Positions 52,584 to 64,000 of a stretch of 64,000 nucleotides of DNA are shown one piece after another; position 1 is the first letter of the stretch; each line of letters begins with the position of its first letter. A program made the translations under genes and the position numbers. The stretch spans positions 65,968,001 through 66,032,000 of the forward strand of contig NC_043007.1 of the NCBI RefSeq assembly GCF_006345805.1, given 5' to 3'. The notes beneath the pieces are model-generated. The model saw only the letters and a program-made list of their open reading frames with translations, was not told where the DNA came from and did no database searches. The stretch is from Octopus sinensis (taxonomy: Eukaryota).

Positions 52584-53211
52584 GTATATACACACATATA
52601 TATGATGGGAGGGGAGCTTCTTTTAGATCCTGTTTACTAAGTCCACTCACAAGGCTTTAGTCGACCTGGAGCCGTAGAACACAATTGCCCAAGGTAGCAC
52701 GCAGTGGGACTGACCCCGAAACGATGTGGTCGGTAAGCAAACTATCTACCACACAGCCAAGTTTCTGTGGTATATAGACTCACACACCCACATGCACGAT
52801 CATTAAAGTATCAATTACAAGATTCACTAGTTATAATAAGAAATTAAAGTGGAAACATGTGGAAACACCACTCACAGCATTCATTACAAACGCAACAACA
52901 ACAACAACACAAACTACAACACGAACAATGTCGACTGCTATTACTGCAGCTGTTTTTTTCTTCTGCTGCTGTTGTTGCTGGTGCTGCAACCAATAACCAG
53001 AATAATTAGTGCAACAATTAACCACAGAAATGATTAACCGTATTAATGCATTAAACCATTAGATTATACAAACGACAACGTCGTAAGGACGAGAACAAAC
53101 TGAAAACAACAAGGAGACTTGAAGTAGAATATTGTTATTGAACGCGGTCATTACCCATTATTACGCAACACAACATTACAGCTTATAACAAAACCATTAT
53201 TATTATTATTA

Positions 53212-53259
<48 letters not shown>

Positions 53260-53462
53260 GCGAATTACATTTACTATTATAACAGTGGGAATAAACAGAA
53301 AACTGCAACGTGGACAACAATAGCAGCAACGGCAACAACATTAGCAAATGTTGAAGTGTAAAGCAAACAAGATAAATAGAAGGAAGCATTACCATTGGAA
53401 ATATTAACGATGTTTTTAAGCATTAACAACAGTAACAACAGCTACAACAGCAACAACAATAG

Positions 53463-53825
53463 CTGTTTCTAGTTGAGATACAAAGCTAGCAATTTTGAGA
53501 AAGTGTCCAGGTTGGGGTAATCAATTGAACGACCCCAGTTCTTAACTGGTACTTTATTTTATGGCTCTTGAAATTATGAAATCCCGGTGCGATTTGGACA
53601 CAAAATATACGAAGCCAGAAGAAATACTGCAAGGCATTTATTCCGATGATCTAATGATTCTGCCAGTTCACCACTTTAGCAAGAACACTAACAGTAAAAA
53701 CAGCGATAGCAATTATTTCTAAATAAGACACAAGGCCAGAAAATTTGAAGGGTTGGCGTTAATCGATATCATTGATTTCAGTACTTCGTTGGTCCTTTAT
53801 TTTATTGACTCTGGAAAGGACGAAA

Positions 53826-53830
<5 letters not shown>
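53463..53830 (-). mobile_element. Two degenerate SINE family A copies
   Basis: Family A motifs at about 53463-53680 and 53712-53830. Confidence 0.7.
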
Positions 53831-53897
<67 letters not shown>

Positions 53898-54789
53898 TTT
53901 ATGCTTGACAGCTCTCGATATTTTTCTCCTTTGGGTTTGGGTTATCTTAAAGCAAGGGTTTATGCAAACAAGCCCCAAGCTTAACAGACCGAAAGTGAAC
54001 AGCGAATACAACTACCACGATGGCAACAACGTGGGCGAACACACAAACACAGAGGGATACAGGAACGGTACCAAAAGTCGGAGTCAAGGGCAGCAACAGC
54101 AGCAACAGGGAGGGGACGGGGGCGAGTGGAAGGTCATAGTGCTACTAAGAACAATCACACAAACACACACATGTACACACACACACACACACACATGTAC
54201 ACACACGTACATGTACACACACATACACACACACACACACTCACAAATACAGGCGCAAACGCATGCCCATATACGAACAGAATGGATTAAGCGGAGCAAG
54301 AGCACACACGAGGACGGAAAGTATTGCTGAAGAGGTCAGAGATGTGTGACGAAAGATTTCCGGACAATGGACATGAGTTTTAATAAGAACAGTAATACAC
54401 GAGTAAAGAACGAAAAGGAAATATTCTTGGCATTCCTTATCCCAAATAGTTAATCAAGCATTAAAATAGAAGGTGTCTTTTTTTTTGTATAAACCCTTAC
54501 AAATGGTATATGTATTGTAAATGTTGGGCTAAGATATCTGGTTTGAGGATCGCTTCCGCCTGCCCATCTCGAGTACCCTTAATCTTAATTCATTTAAATG
54601 CTTTTGAATTAATCTTAATGCTTTTAAATCCTTTGTTGATCGTTTCATAGTTAGATAGTATCTTTTTCATTACATTCCTTTTGTTTGCTTCTTCTCTTCT
54701 TCGTTCTACTCTTCCTCTTTCTCCACCACAACTTGTATAAGAACTTTTAAAAAATTGTTCATTTACCCAAAGTACCTCATTACACATAG

Positions 54790-54885
54790 CAAAGAAGAAG
54801 AAGAAGAAGAAGAAGAAGAAGAAGAAGAAGAAGAAGAAGAAGAAGAAGAAGAAGAAGAAGAAGAAGAAGAAGAAGAAGAAGAAGG
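54790..54885. repeat. (AAG)n microsatellite
   Basis: Direct inspection. Confidence 0.97.
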
Positions 54886-55284
54886 AAAAGAAGAAGACCT
54901 TTTCCCTTTTTTAGTGTAGCTAAGCCCTCATTTGAGTTCTTTCTTTTTTTGGTTGCTTCCCCTCCTGTGGGGAATAACTTCCAATTAAAAAAAATTATAT
55001 CATAGATCTTGTCCTTTCACCTCTTCATAAACGATAAAAAGGTAAGGCGGAGGCCCTATGATTCCTTACTTGTCTCCAACTTAACGACAACTCGTATTTC
55101 TTTTTTTATACAGCAAATGCATTAAACTGTCCCTGTCCCCAAACATTTAAATATCATTTTCTCTCTTTACCTCTCTTTCTCTTCTTCTTCTCCCTCACGG
55201 TGGGTCCTTTTCAGTATAGATTTATTAATACATTTATTAATATATTTTGAAGTACCCATAGCAATATATACACATACAAAAACC

Positions 55285-55510
55285 CCAAACTAAACATCAG
55301 CAAGAATGCATGGGACTATATAAACAAATGTAAAATAGTAAAGAAATAACAATTAAACAGGTTGATAAAGGAAACACAGTAGTCTTGGTGGATACAGACT
55401 TATACAAAAATCTTGTGTCAGCCGTATTACAAGAGGTGACATACTATGAAAAGGCCCAAAACTGCAATCAAGAAATAATAATGAGAAACCTTAGAATATT
55501 GATTTCAAAT
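55285..55510 (+). mobile_element. Penelope-like element fragment just upstream of RT
   Basis: NSKEITIKQVDKGNTVVLVDTDLY matches the PLE IKxADKGxxxVV motif. Confidence 0.75.
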
Positions 55511-55672
55511 TTCGGCACAAGGCCAGCAATTTCGGAGGAAGGGCACGTCGATTAGCTCGATCCCATTTCTAAACTGGTACTTATTTTATCGATCCCGAAG
55601 CACGAAAGGCAAGGCCGACCGCGCGATATTTGATCTCAGAACTTAAAGACGGACGAAATACCGCTAGGATTT
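55505..55672 (-). mobile_element. SINE family A
   Basis: ggtacttattttatcgatcccgaag..gaaaggcaaggccgacc. Confidence 0.75.
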
Positions 55673-55879
55673 TTGGAATTGGTTTGCAAAGATTCTTTAT
55701 GTGAGTTCATGTGTTGAAGCATATTCTGTTGGGTCTGGGTAGAGTCATTTTCTTTTTGTGCCTTATAATTTAACACACCGGTAAAATTTCCACTTATTTC
55801 TTATTTTTATTTTCCTAAAATTTTCGTTACGTCTTGCAACCTTTTCAATAGTCTTGACTCTGTCCGTCATTTACACTGC

Positions 55880-56420
55880 ATTCCTTTTTGTTTGTTTGTG
55901 CGCATGTGTGTGTGTCAGTGTGTGTGTCTATACATGCATGCATGTACGTATGTATGTATGTGTGTATGTATGTATGTATGGATGTATGCATGTCTGTGTA
56001 TGTATACATGTGTGTATGCATATGTATATATGTATGTGCATACATGTATACATGTGTGTGTGAGCGTGTGTTTATATATGTATGCACCTCTGTCTCCTTG
56101 TGTGCGCATGTTTGTGTGTGTGTGTGTATGAGTGTGTGTGTGTGTATGTGTGTGTGTGTGTGTTGCAACTATGTACCATCTTTGTGTGTATGGATGTGCA
56201 TCTCTATATGTGTGGACCCGTGTCTCTATATGTCCTTGTGTGGAGTAAAGTGTGTGTGTATATATGGTCATGTGTTTCAGTCTCCATTTGCGTATGTATG
56301 CTGGTCTGTTCGTATAACTTATGTACCTATCCGTCTGTATGTTGATCTGTTTATTTTCATATCCATATGTTTACACACAAGTGCATACACATACACTCAC
56401 ACCTACACACACATACATAC
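55880..56420. repeat. Degenerate (TG)n/(TATG)n tract
   Basis: Direct inspection. Confidence 0.9.
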
Positions 56421-56489
56421 ATCTATCTGCATAACAGCCCACTAACTATTCTGCTCTACTTGTGTAAACTGTGGAAGCTGTGGGTATGG

Positions 56490-56760
56490 AGGTATGATAT
56501 CTACTATGTATATTTGCTATTTAGTATTGGGGAAGTTTCATTTATAATGACGTACTCCCGTATTTATCTGAGTGTTGGGTCTTTTAGGCGCTTGGATAAG
56601 ATGCAGATGTCAAGTTGACCCAAATGCCTCCATGGTGGTCTTTGGCATATTGGTAGAGTATGGAGGACTGTTTTTTGTCACGTAGCCAACTGGAAGCGAT
56701 GTTTCCTAGGGCTAAAAATAGCAGTAGTATTCTTCCCTTTCCTGGGATTGCTACATTAAG
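56490..56760 (-). mobile_element. Penelope-like GIY-YIG C-terminal fragment (family distinct from 48 kb)
   Basis: KKQSSILYQYAKDHHGG..., ILSKRLKDPTLR*IREYVIINETSPILNSK (frameshifted). Confidence 0.65.
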
Positions 56761-56805
56761 TTAGCAACAAACCATCACTTTATATATATATATATATATA
56801 TATAA

Positions 56806-56897
<92 letters not shown>

Positions 56898-57424
56898 ATT
56901 GGTCTTCTTTCGGTTTCCGTCAACCAAATCCACGCACATGCTTTTGTTCGGCTCGAGGCTGTAGTAGAAGAAACTTGTGCAAAATGCCACGAAATGGGAA
57001 TGAACCAGATACTATGTGGTTGGGAAGCAAGCTTCTTACCACATACCCACGAGCATAATTTGACAGCAGTTTGAACAGATTAAACTGCCACATAGAGGTT
57101 CCTTTGTTGGCTCTCTGATGAGTTGCGATAATATTAAAACCTGTCACGATTTGTCTCCCGTAGGTGGCAAAGCCAACTAGAAAGCATTGAACTAAATATT
57201 GTCTTTTCTTCACTCCATAATATTTCCTAGTTAGATCTGTCATGCTCACTACATTATATATGTTAACACTAACAAAACTATTGCTTTTCTTTGTGTTTAG
57301 ATGATACGTCGGAGTAATTATTCTCGGAGATTTCCTTTGGTTTTTTGGGGGGTTTGTTTTCAATATACTTAATTTCTCACACTTATACATGCATAATACG
57401 ACCCAAAACATTTTACTTCAGCGT

Positions 57425-57715
57425 TGGGCTCACAATCATGAGATAGCGAGTAAGATTCCCAGACCGGGCTGTGTGTTGTGTTCTTGAGCAAGGCACTTCA
57501 TTTCACGTTGCTCCAGTTAGTTCACTCAGCTGTAAAAATGAGTTGCGACGTCGCTGGTGCCAAGCTGTACCAGCCTTTGCTTTGCCGTTGGATAACATCG
57601 GTGGCATGGGCAACTGCTGGTCTTGCACAAAACACCGTGTCCGGACTTGTGCTTTGGCGGGGAACTTCCTAAGTGCAGTCCCATGGTCATTCATGACCGA
57701 AGGAGATCTTTACTT
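57425..57715 (+). mobile_element. SINE with family C-like head region
   Basis: gattcccagaccggg..gtgttcttgagcaaggcacttcatttcacgttgctccag. Confidence 0.75.
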
Positions 57716-58868
57716 TCATCATTTATGGCTCATCCGTTTCGTGATTCCTTCAACACTACTTCTAGTCAACGAAATCTATTCTTCTCCGAAAAGATGTTAT
57801 AAGGCCCAGACATATCTTAAGTATTCTTCCGTGCCTAACAAAGTAACTTAAACGGCGATTAGAGAGTTGGACAGAATTTCCCCGCAACAGGTTCCGACTC
57901 ATTTTGTCCTGAGTTCAAATCAATCCGAAGTCAACTTGTACCTTTGATACTTTCGAGCTCGATAAAAAAGTACCAATCCGTGGTAGTGGATTAGCGGAAA
58001 GGTTGGGAAGTCCAGTAAGTTGTTTTATGATATTTGTCCCGGGTCTATGAGCCCTTCAGCGAGGTCACTAGCGCCAAGTTTATCAAGCCAAATCAGCGGT
58101 TTTCCCCACAGATAAACTTCGATAGCATGGCAAAGGAAGGATTACATGCACGATTAACTACTGGTTTTCCTCAAAGCAAAAAACAAAAAATTACCCAGGT
58201 TTACAAATGCATGGTGAGACTTGAACGATGGGGGTCCTGTCTATATAGGCATGCCTCAATTTACGTTGGCAATTGATTCTAAGATATGCAACTTAAGTCG
58301 AAAACTACATAACATTTTAAAATATTTTAAAAACTTTATTAGCATATATACATGTTTTAATAAACGGTTTGTGCAAATTTTCACATGTATTCTCCTCTTA
58401 AGTATTGGTTATTAGGTGGTTTTAAAATTTATATCTTTTAAATATATTCACTGAGAACAACTTAATGTCGCATAAATCATTTAAAGTAGAGGATTTTCTT
58501 TTCGTTTTCATTGTTTCTTTAAATGAAATATGACATAAAATCGAACAAGACGTAATTCAACACGTAAAAGTAAGCCTATAACGGCAGTCATTGAGCTTAT
58601 GGTGCCTTTTCCAAACAACTTAGGTATTTCTACTTAATATAGAAATACCTAAGTATTCTGCATAAAATACCTTAATACTAACTTCATTCTAATGTGGATG
58701 GCTTTTCTGAATAATTAATCTGAATCGTTGAAGTTAACGTTGTCATTTCCTCGCTGCATAAGTATTTTTAATTTGATATTTGAAGCTCACTAAATTGAGT
58801 ATTTAACTTGTTATTATTCCTGGGCTTCTGCCATAAAGCAGTTGTAACATCAAGCGAACGATTTAGAG

Positions 58869-60384
58869 CAGTGGCTTTCAACCAGAGTCCATATGACTCT
58901 AGCGGATCCGTATAAGATTTTATTAAGGTTTATTATCTGCAGTAAATTGGTTATACTTCTTTTGGGTTGTCCGGAAAGTTCGTGCCGATTTATAGTAGCT
59001 TACCTTTCGACTTATTTTAGAACATGGTTGAGTTCATAAAATAGGATTTGACTACATATCCATTTAGAGCACAGTTTAAGCTGTCTTTTCGTGGAAGAAG
59101 GTTTATGTTCCTATTACCTGTGTTAATTCTGTAACCCTTTAAAATGGAAGATAAAAAAGTTCATTTCCGGTATTAATGTTTTCTTTTTCCGTAAAGGCAA
59201 AAAGGCCTCACAAGCAACCAAAGAAATATGCGCAGTTTACGGTGATATTTCTTTATCCGAAAGAACTGTACGGAAGTGGTTCGCAAGTTTCCGAGTTGGA
59301 GATTGTAGCCTTATTGATAAAGAAGAGCGATCAGGCAGACCATCCACTACAGATGATGACCAAATGAAGTCATTAATTGAGAATAACACACATTGTACAA
59401 CCCGAGAATTGGCAGAAAGCCTCAACCTATCAAAATCCGTCGTTCATGAGCACCTAGTAAAGCTTGGGTACACAAATCGCTACGATGTTTGGGTACCCCA
59501 TGAGTTGAGTGAGAAGAACCTTTTGGATCGCATTTCCATGTGATTCGCTTTATAAATGGAATAAAAACGCACCTTTTTAAAAGCAAATTATGACAGGTGA
59601 TAAGAAATGGATTATCTACCGAAATGTTCAGAGAAAGCGATCCTGGAGTAAGCGACATGAGCCACCCTTAGCCAGCCCAAAAGGGGTTCTTCATCCTAAA
59701 AAAGTCTTGTTTTGTGTCTGGTGAGATTGGAAAGGAATTCTGTACTATGAGCTTCACCCAAGTAACCAGACAATTAATTCTGGGAAATACTGCACACAAC
59801 TGGACGAGTTAAAAGCAGCAATTCAAGAGAAACGTCCAGGCAGGGTGTTGTTTTCCAACATGATAATGGAAGACCGCACGTTTCTTTGGAACCAGACAAA
59901 AATTGCTGCAGCTCGGCTGGGATGTGTTAACCCCCCTCCCCTCATCTTCACCAGATATTGCTCTTTCGGATTTACACTTATTCAGGTCTCTACAGAATAG
60001 GCTTAATGGGAAAAATTTCAATTCTTTGGATGACGTAAAAAGATACCTTGATGAATTCTTTGCCATGAAACTACCTCAATTCTGGGAAGAGGGTATTTCC
60101 AAGCTAAAGGAAATGTGGAGATGCATTGTGCAACAAAATGGTTCATATTTGGTTGATTAAAAATGTAATGGCAAGTATTTATTGACCTTTTTCTTTCCTT
60201 TAAAAATCGGCACGAACTTTCCGAACAACCCAATACAATGCACGAAATATTTCAACAATTCTTTTAATACAATTTTTAATATTTAATTATGAAAATATAT
60301 GATATTTTTAACCATCGAATGGCCAGGAGGATCCGTTCGTGTAAAACAGGAATCAAAGGGGTCCATAGGTACAAAATGGTTGAG
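58869..60384 (+). mobile_element. hAT-type MITE split by a mariner insertion
   Basis: 58869-58960 plus 60236-60384 together match the 19380-19614 MITE; flanks atttagag / atttaaag. Confidence 0.75.
58962..60233 (+). mobile_element. Near full-length mariner element (mellifera-like), transposase pseudogene
   Basis: TIR ttgggttgtccggaaagttcgtgccgattt / aaatcggcacgaactttccgaacaacccaa|ta; MEDKKVHF, WVPHEL, MTGDKKW, QHDNGRPH, SPDIALSDLHLF; several stops and frameshifts. Confidence 0.95.
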
Positions 60385-60685
60385 ATTTAAAGGATGAACA
60401 AGCTGTCCTCGGTTTCGCAAAAATATATCACAACTCCTCTCTTCCTTCACATATGCACATACATTTAAAACTGTACTTCTAATTTTTTTTCAAGCATGAA
60501 TAATCTATTAGATGTTTCAGTCATTTGACTGCGGCCAAGCTGGAGCACTGCTTTGAAGGGTTTAGTCGAACAAATACGCTAATTTACGGGGACGCTAACA
60601 AATCAACACCGATTGTCACGCGATGGTGAGATAAACACATACACGCGCGCACACAAGCACGCAGGCACACACACACACACATACG

Positions 60686-60727
<42 letters not shown>

Positions 60728-60811
60728 CGTGTAACAAGCTTCTTTGAGTTTCCGTTGACCAAATCCTCTTAGAATACTTTGGCAACCCCGGGGCCCATAG
60801 TAAGTTAATGA

Positions 60812-61476
60812 TATAACATTCCTACTTCCAAAGAATGAAGAAACAAACGGGCCAAAAATTATAGACCCATAACCTACTTAACAACAACGTATAAAATACT
60901 AACATCTGTCTTGACTGAATATACCTGTAGTTTTTTAATAGGAAGTGGCATATTCCCTAATGAGCAAAAAGGATGTAAACGTGGGTCTTATGGTTGTAAA
61001 GATCAGCTACTCATCAATAAGATGATCTTGGAAGATTGTCACAAACGGCACAAAAACTTGTCGATAGCCTGGATAAGCTATAAAAAAGCTTTTGATAGTC
61101 TACCACATAGCTGGATTAAGAAATGTCGGGAAATGTATAAAATAGCACCTACTCTGCGAATCTTCTTGTCTGTAAGTATGAGATCATGGAGAACCACACT
61201 GACTTTGAACAGTGACAATGAATCTCTCACTGCAAAAATTCATATGGGAACTGTCCATATCCTACGTAAAATGTTGTTTACGTAATCTCAAATTTTAAAA
61301 CAAACTTATAATTTTCTTGTTTTCTTAAACATTCTCTAGAACAATACTATGTGCAAAACTAAATAGTTAGTACCCTATGCATAACACCGACTTGCACTTC
61401 TAATATGTTGTATCTTGAGGACTCTGAGTGAGACCTGGAGTCAACTTGTACAAATACAAAACATAAGTCAAACATA
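60812..61476 (+). mobile_element. R4/Dong LINE copy with large internal deletion
   Basis: RT N-terminal half similar to 62400-62818, fused at ..actgc|aaaaatt to MGTVHILRKML plus 3'UTR plus (TAA)n. Confidence 0.88.
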
Positions 61477-61494
61477 TAATAATAATAATTATCC

Positions 61495-61892
61495 TCTCTA
61501 CTATAGGCACAAGGTTTGGGATTTTTCGGAGTTGGGTATAGTTGATCACATCGACCCCCAGTACTTCATTGGGTTCCCAATCTATTGATCCCCGAAAAGA
61601 CGAAAGATAAAGTCACATCGGCGGAATTTGAACTCAGAACGTAACGGCAGGCGAAATACCTATTTCTTTACTACCCACAAGGGGCTAAACACAGAGAGGA
61701 CAAACAACGACAGGCAAACGGATTAAGTCGATTATATCGACCCCAGTGCGTAACTGGTACTTATTTAATCGACCCCGAAATGATGAAAGGCAAAGTCACC
61801 CTCGGCAGAATTTGAACTCAGAACGTAACGGCAGACGAAATACTGCTAAGCATTTCGCCCGGCGTGCTAACGTTTCTGCCAGCTTGCCGCCT
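61495..61892 (-). mobile_element. SINE family A dimer; well-preserved copy at 61660-61892
   Basis: Minus head ggcggcaagctggcagaaacgttagcacgccgggcgaaatgc...gagttcaaattc. Confidence 0.9.
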
Positions 61893-61901
61893 TAATAATA
61901 A

Positions 61902-61973
<72 letters not shown>

Positions 61974-62002
61974 TGATGCTGATGATAATAATAATAATAA
62001 TA

Positions 62003-62045
<43 letters not shown>

Positions 62046-62046
<1 letters not shown>

Positions 62047-64000
62047 GGAAGATAGGAAAAAACAGCGTTTACTGCAAGGTCTGTACCATCAAAAGAAGAA
62101 GTGCAGGGATTTTGGAATAAAATTTGGGCAGAAGAAAAAACACACAACGAAAAGGCCCCCTGGATTGACAGAATATCTACAGAACTGGACCCCTTAGAAG
62201 AGCAAAAGTGGGAGGGTGTCAAGGTAGAAGATATAACATCTGCTCTCAGGCGGTCAAGCAAATGGAAGTCTCCAGGAAAGGATAAAATTTCTAACTTCTG
62301 GCTGAATGCCTTCCCAGAGAGCCATGAATTGCTAACAGAACTGTACAATGATGTTTTGCAACACCCTAGTAGGATGCCTCCTTGGCTAGTTAATGGGTTA
62401 ACATTCCTGCTTCCAAAAAGTGAAGAAACAAATGAACCAAAAAACTATAGACCCATAACCTGCTTAACAACTATGTATAAAACGCTAACATCTGTCCTGA
62501 CGGAATATACTTATAGTTTTTTAACAGACAGCACCATATTCCCTAATGAACAGAAAGGATGTAAACGTGGATCCTACGGCTGTAAAGATCAACTACTCAT
62601 CAATAAGATGATCTTAGAAGATTGTCACAACGACACAAAAACTTATCAATAGCCTGGATAGACTATAAAAAGGCTTTTGATAGCCTACCACATTGCTGGA
62701 TTAGGAAATGCCTGGAAATGTATAAGATAGCACCTACTCTGCGAAACTTTTTCACTGTAAGTATGAGATCATGGAGAACCACACTAACTCTGAACAGTGA
62801 CAATGAATCCCTAAATGCTGGTGATGTAAAAATTTCGTGTGGCATTTTCCAGGGTGACTCACTGTCACCACTCCTTTTTTTTTAGCCTTAATACCTCTCT
62901 CAAAACTGCTCAATGACGCGCAGTACGGGTATAAAATATTTGATAAAAATATAAATCATTTCATTTAAATGGATGATTTAAAGCTTTTTGCAAAAAATGA
63001 CCAACAACTCAAGGGCTTACTAGCGATAGTCAAACAATTCAGTGACGACATCAGAATGCAATTCGGCCTCGATAAATGTGCAAAAGCTACCTTTATCAAA
63101 GGAAAAATGACAGAAACATCTAACGTTAACCTTGACCAGCAGAATGTCATAAAAGAACTAGACCCAGCGGAGAGCTACAAGTACCTAGGGGTAATTGAAG
63201 GAAACGAAATAAGGCATTCAGAGATGAAGGAAAGGATCAGGAGTGAATGTTATCGAAGAGTGAGAGCAATACTCAAGACAGAGCTGAATGCAAGAAACAG
63301 GATCGAAGCGATCAGTGCATTAGCCATACCAGTCGTGACTTACAGTTTCAATATCGTTAACTGGTCAATTACTGAAATATGTCAGCTCGACAGAAAAATA
63401 AGAAAACTGTTGACAATGCATAGAATGCACCACCCTAAGGCAGATACAGAACGACTTTATCTGCCAAGAAAAGAGGGAGGCCGTGGTCTTTTGCAACTGG
63501 CAATAACAATGAAGATTGCTACAATTGGCCTAGACACCTACCTGAAAAAGTCTGAGGACTGGATGTTAAAACTTGTCTCAAAACATGAAAACAAGAAAGC
63601 ATCATACTCAGTAACAAAACAGGCAAAGGAATATCTAAGTGAATTCCGAATACAACAAATTTCGGAATTAGAGATAGACATACAAGAAACAAGCACAGAA
63701 AAAGCTAAGCGCATGAAAACCCGTGCCAAAACTGCGGCCTTAGATATTCTGAATAATAAATGGCAAGAAAAACCTCTCTATGGCAAATACCCAAAGAGAG
63801 CGAATAATGCAGATATTGACAAAGCTCTGACCCATCAATGGCTAATGGCCTCTGGCTTAAAATCTGAAACAGAAGGGTTTATCATAGCAGCTCAAGATCA
63901 ATGCCTACCAACAAGGAACTACCAGGCCAACATATTAAAGAACGGCAGTAGCCCAACATGTCGTGTATGCCGACAACAAAATGAAACCATTGATCATGTT
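62046..64000 (+). mobile_element. Young 5'-truncated R4/Dong LINE inserted after (TAA)n, running off the window end
   Basis: KSPGKD, NYRPITCL, EQKGC, DYKKAFDS, GIFQGDSLSPLLF, *MDDLKL, YKYLGV, RLYLPRKEGGRGL, CRVC..ETIDHV. Confidence 0.97.
62969..64000 (+). pseudogene. Uninterrupted ~344-codon frame of the R4/Dong ORF (RT motif C to CCHC finger)
   Basis: Reads open from MDDLKLFAKND to ...NETIDHV; preceded by in-frame TAA replacing the Tyr of YMDD and by two -1 frameshifts. Confidence 0.85.

Noticed and set aside
54540-54790. LINE-derived fragment
   Set aside because: Translation gave no motif I could assign confidently
56920-57411. 163-aa minus-strand ORF as a host gene
   Set aside because: Runs from a possible PLE tail through non-coding terminal sequence into a SINE B copy, so it is a chance fusion

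Overview
AT-rich, microsatellite-saturated eukaryotic DNA, probably from a coleoid cephalopod (Octopus-like). That assignment is inferred from the SINE families and repeat density and was not checked against a database. I find no confident host protein-coding gene; nearly all listed ORFs are read-throughs of simple repeats. The recognisable content is transposon-derived: about 10 fragments of R4/Dong-clade LINEs, mostly sitting in (TAA)n tracts; CR1-like and Tx1/L1-like LINE pieces; several Penelope-like element (PLE) fragments; three or four Tc1/mariner copies; a Chapaev3-like fragment; hAT-type MITEs; a solo LTR; and many tRNA-type SINEs. Two patterns stand out. (1) About a dozen PLE-type minimal hammerhead-ribozyme motifs occur; eight of them are paired as divergent fold-back inverted repeats (32.0, 36.3, 46.2 and 48.1 kb), and one family carries a fixed CUGUUGA core variant. 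(2) A ~560-bp apparently non-coding element shares an exact 3' end at (TAA)n and forms same-orientation trains with R4/Dong copies. All coordinates and alignments were read by eye and are approximate to a few bases unless termini are quoted.
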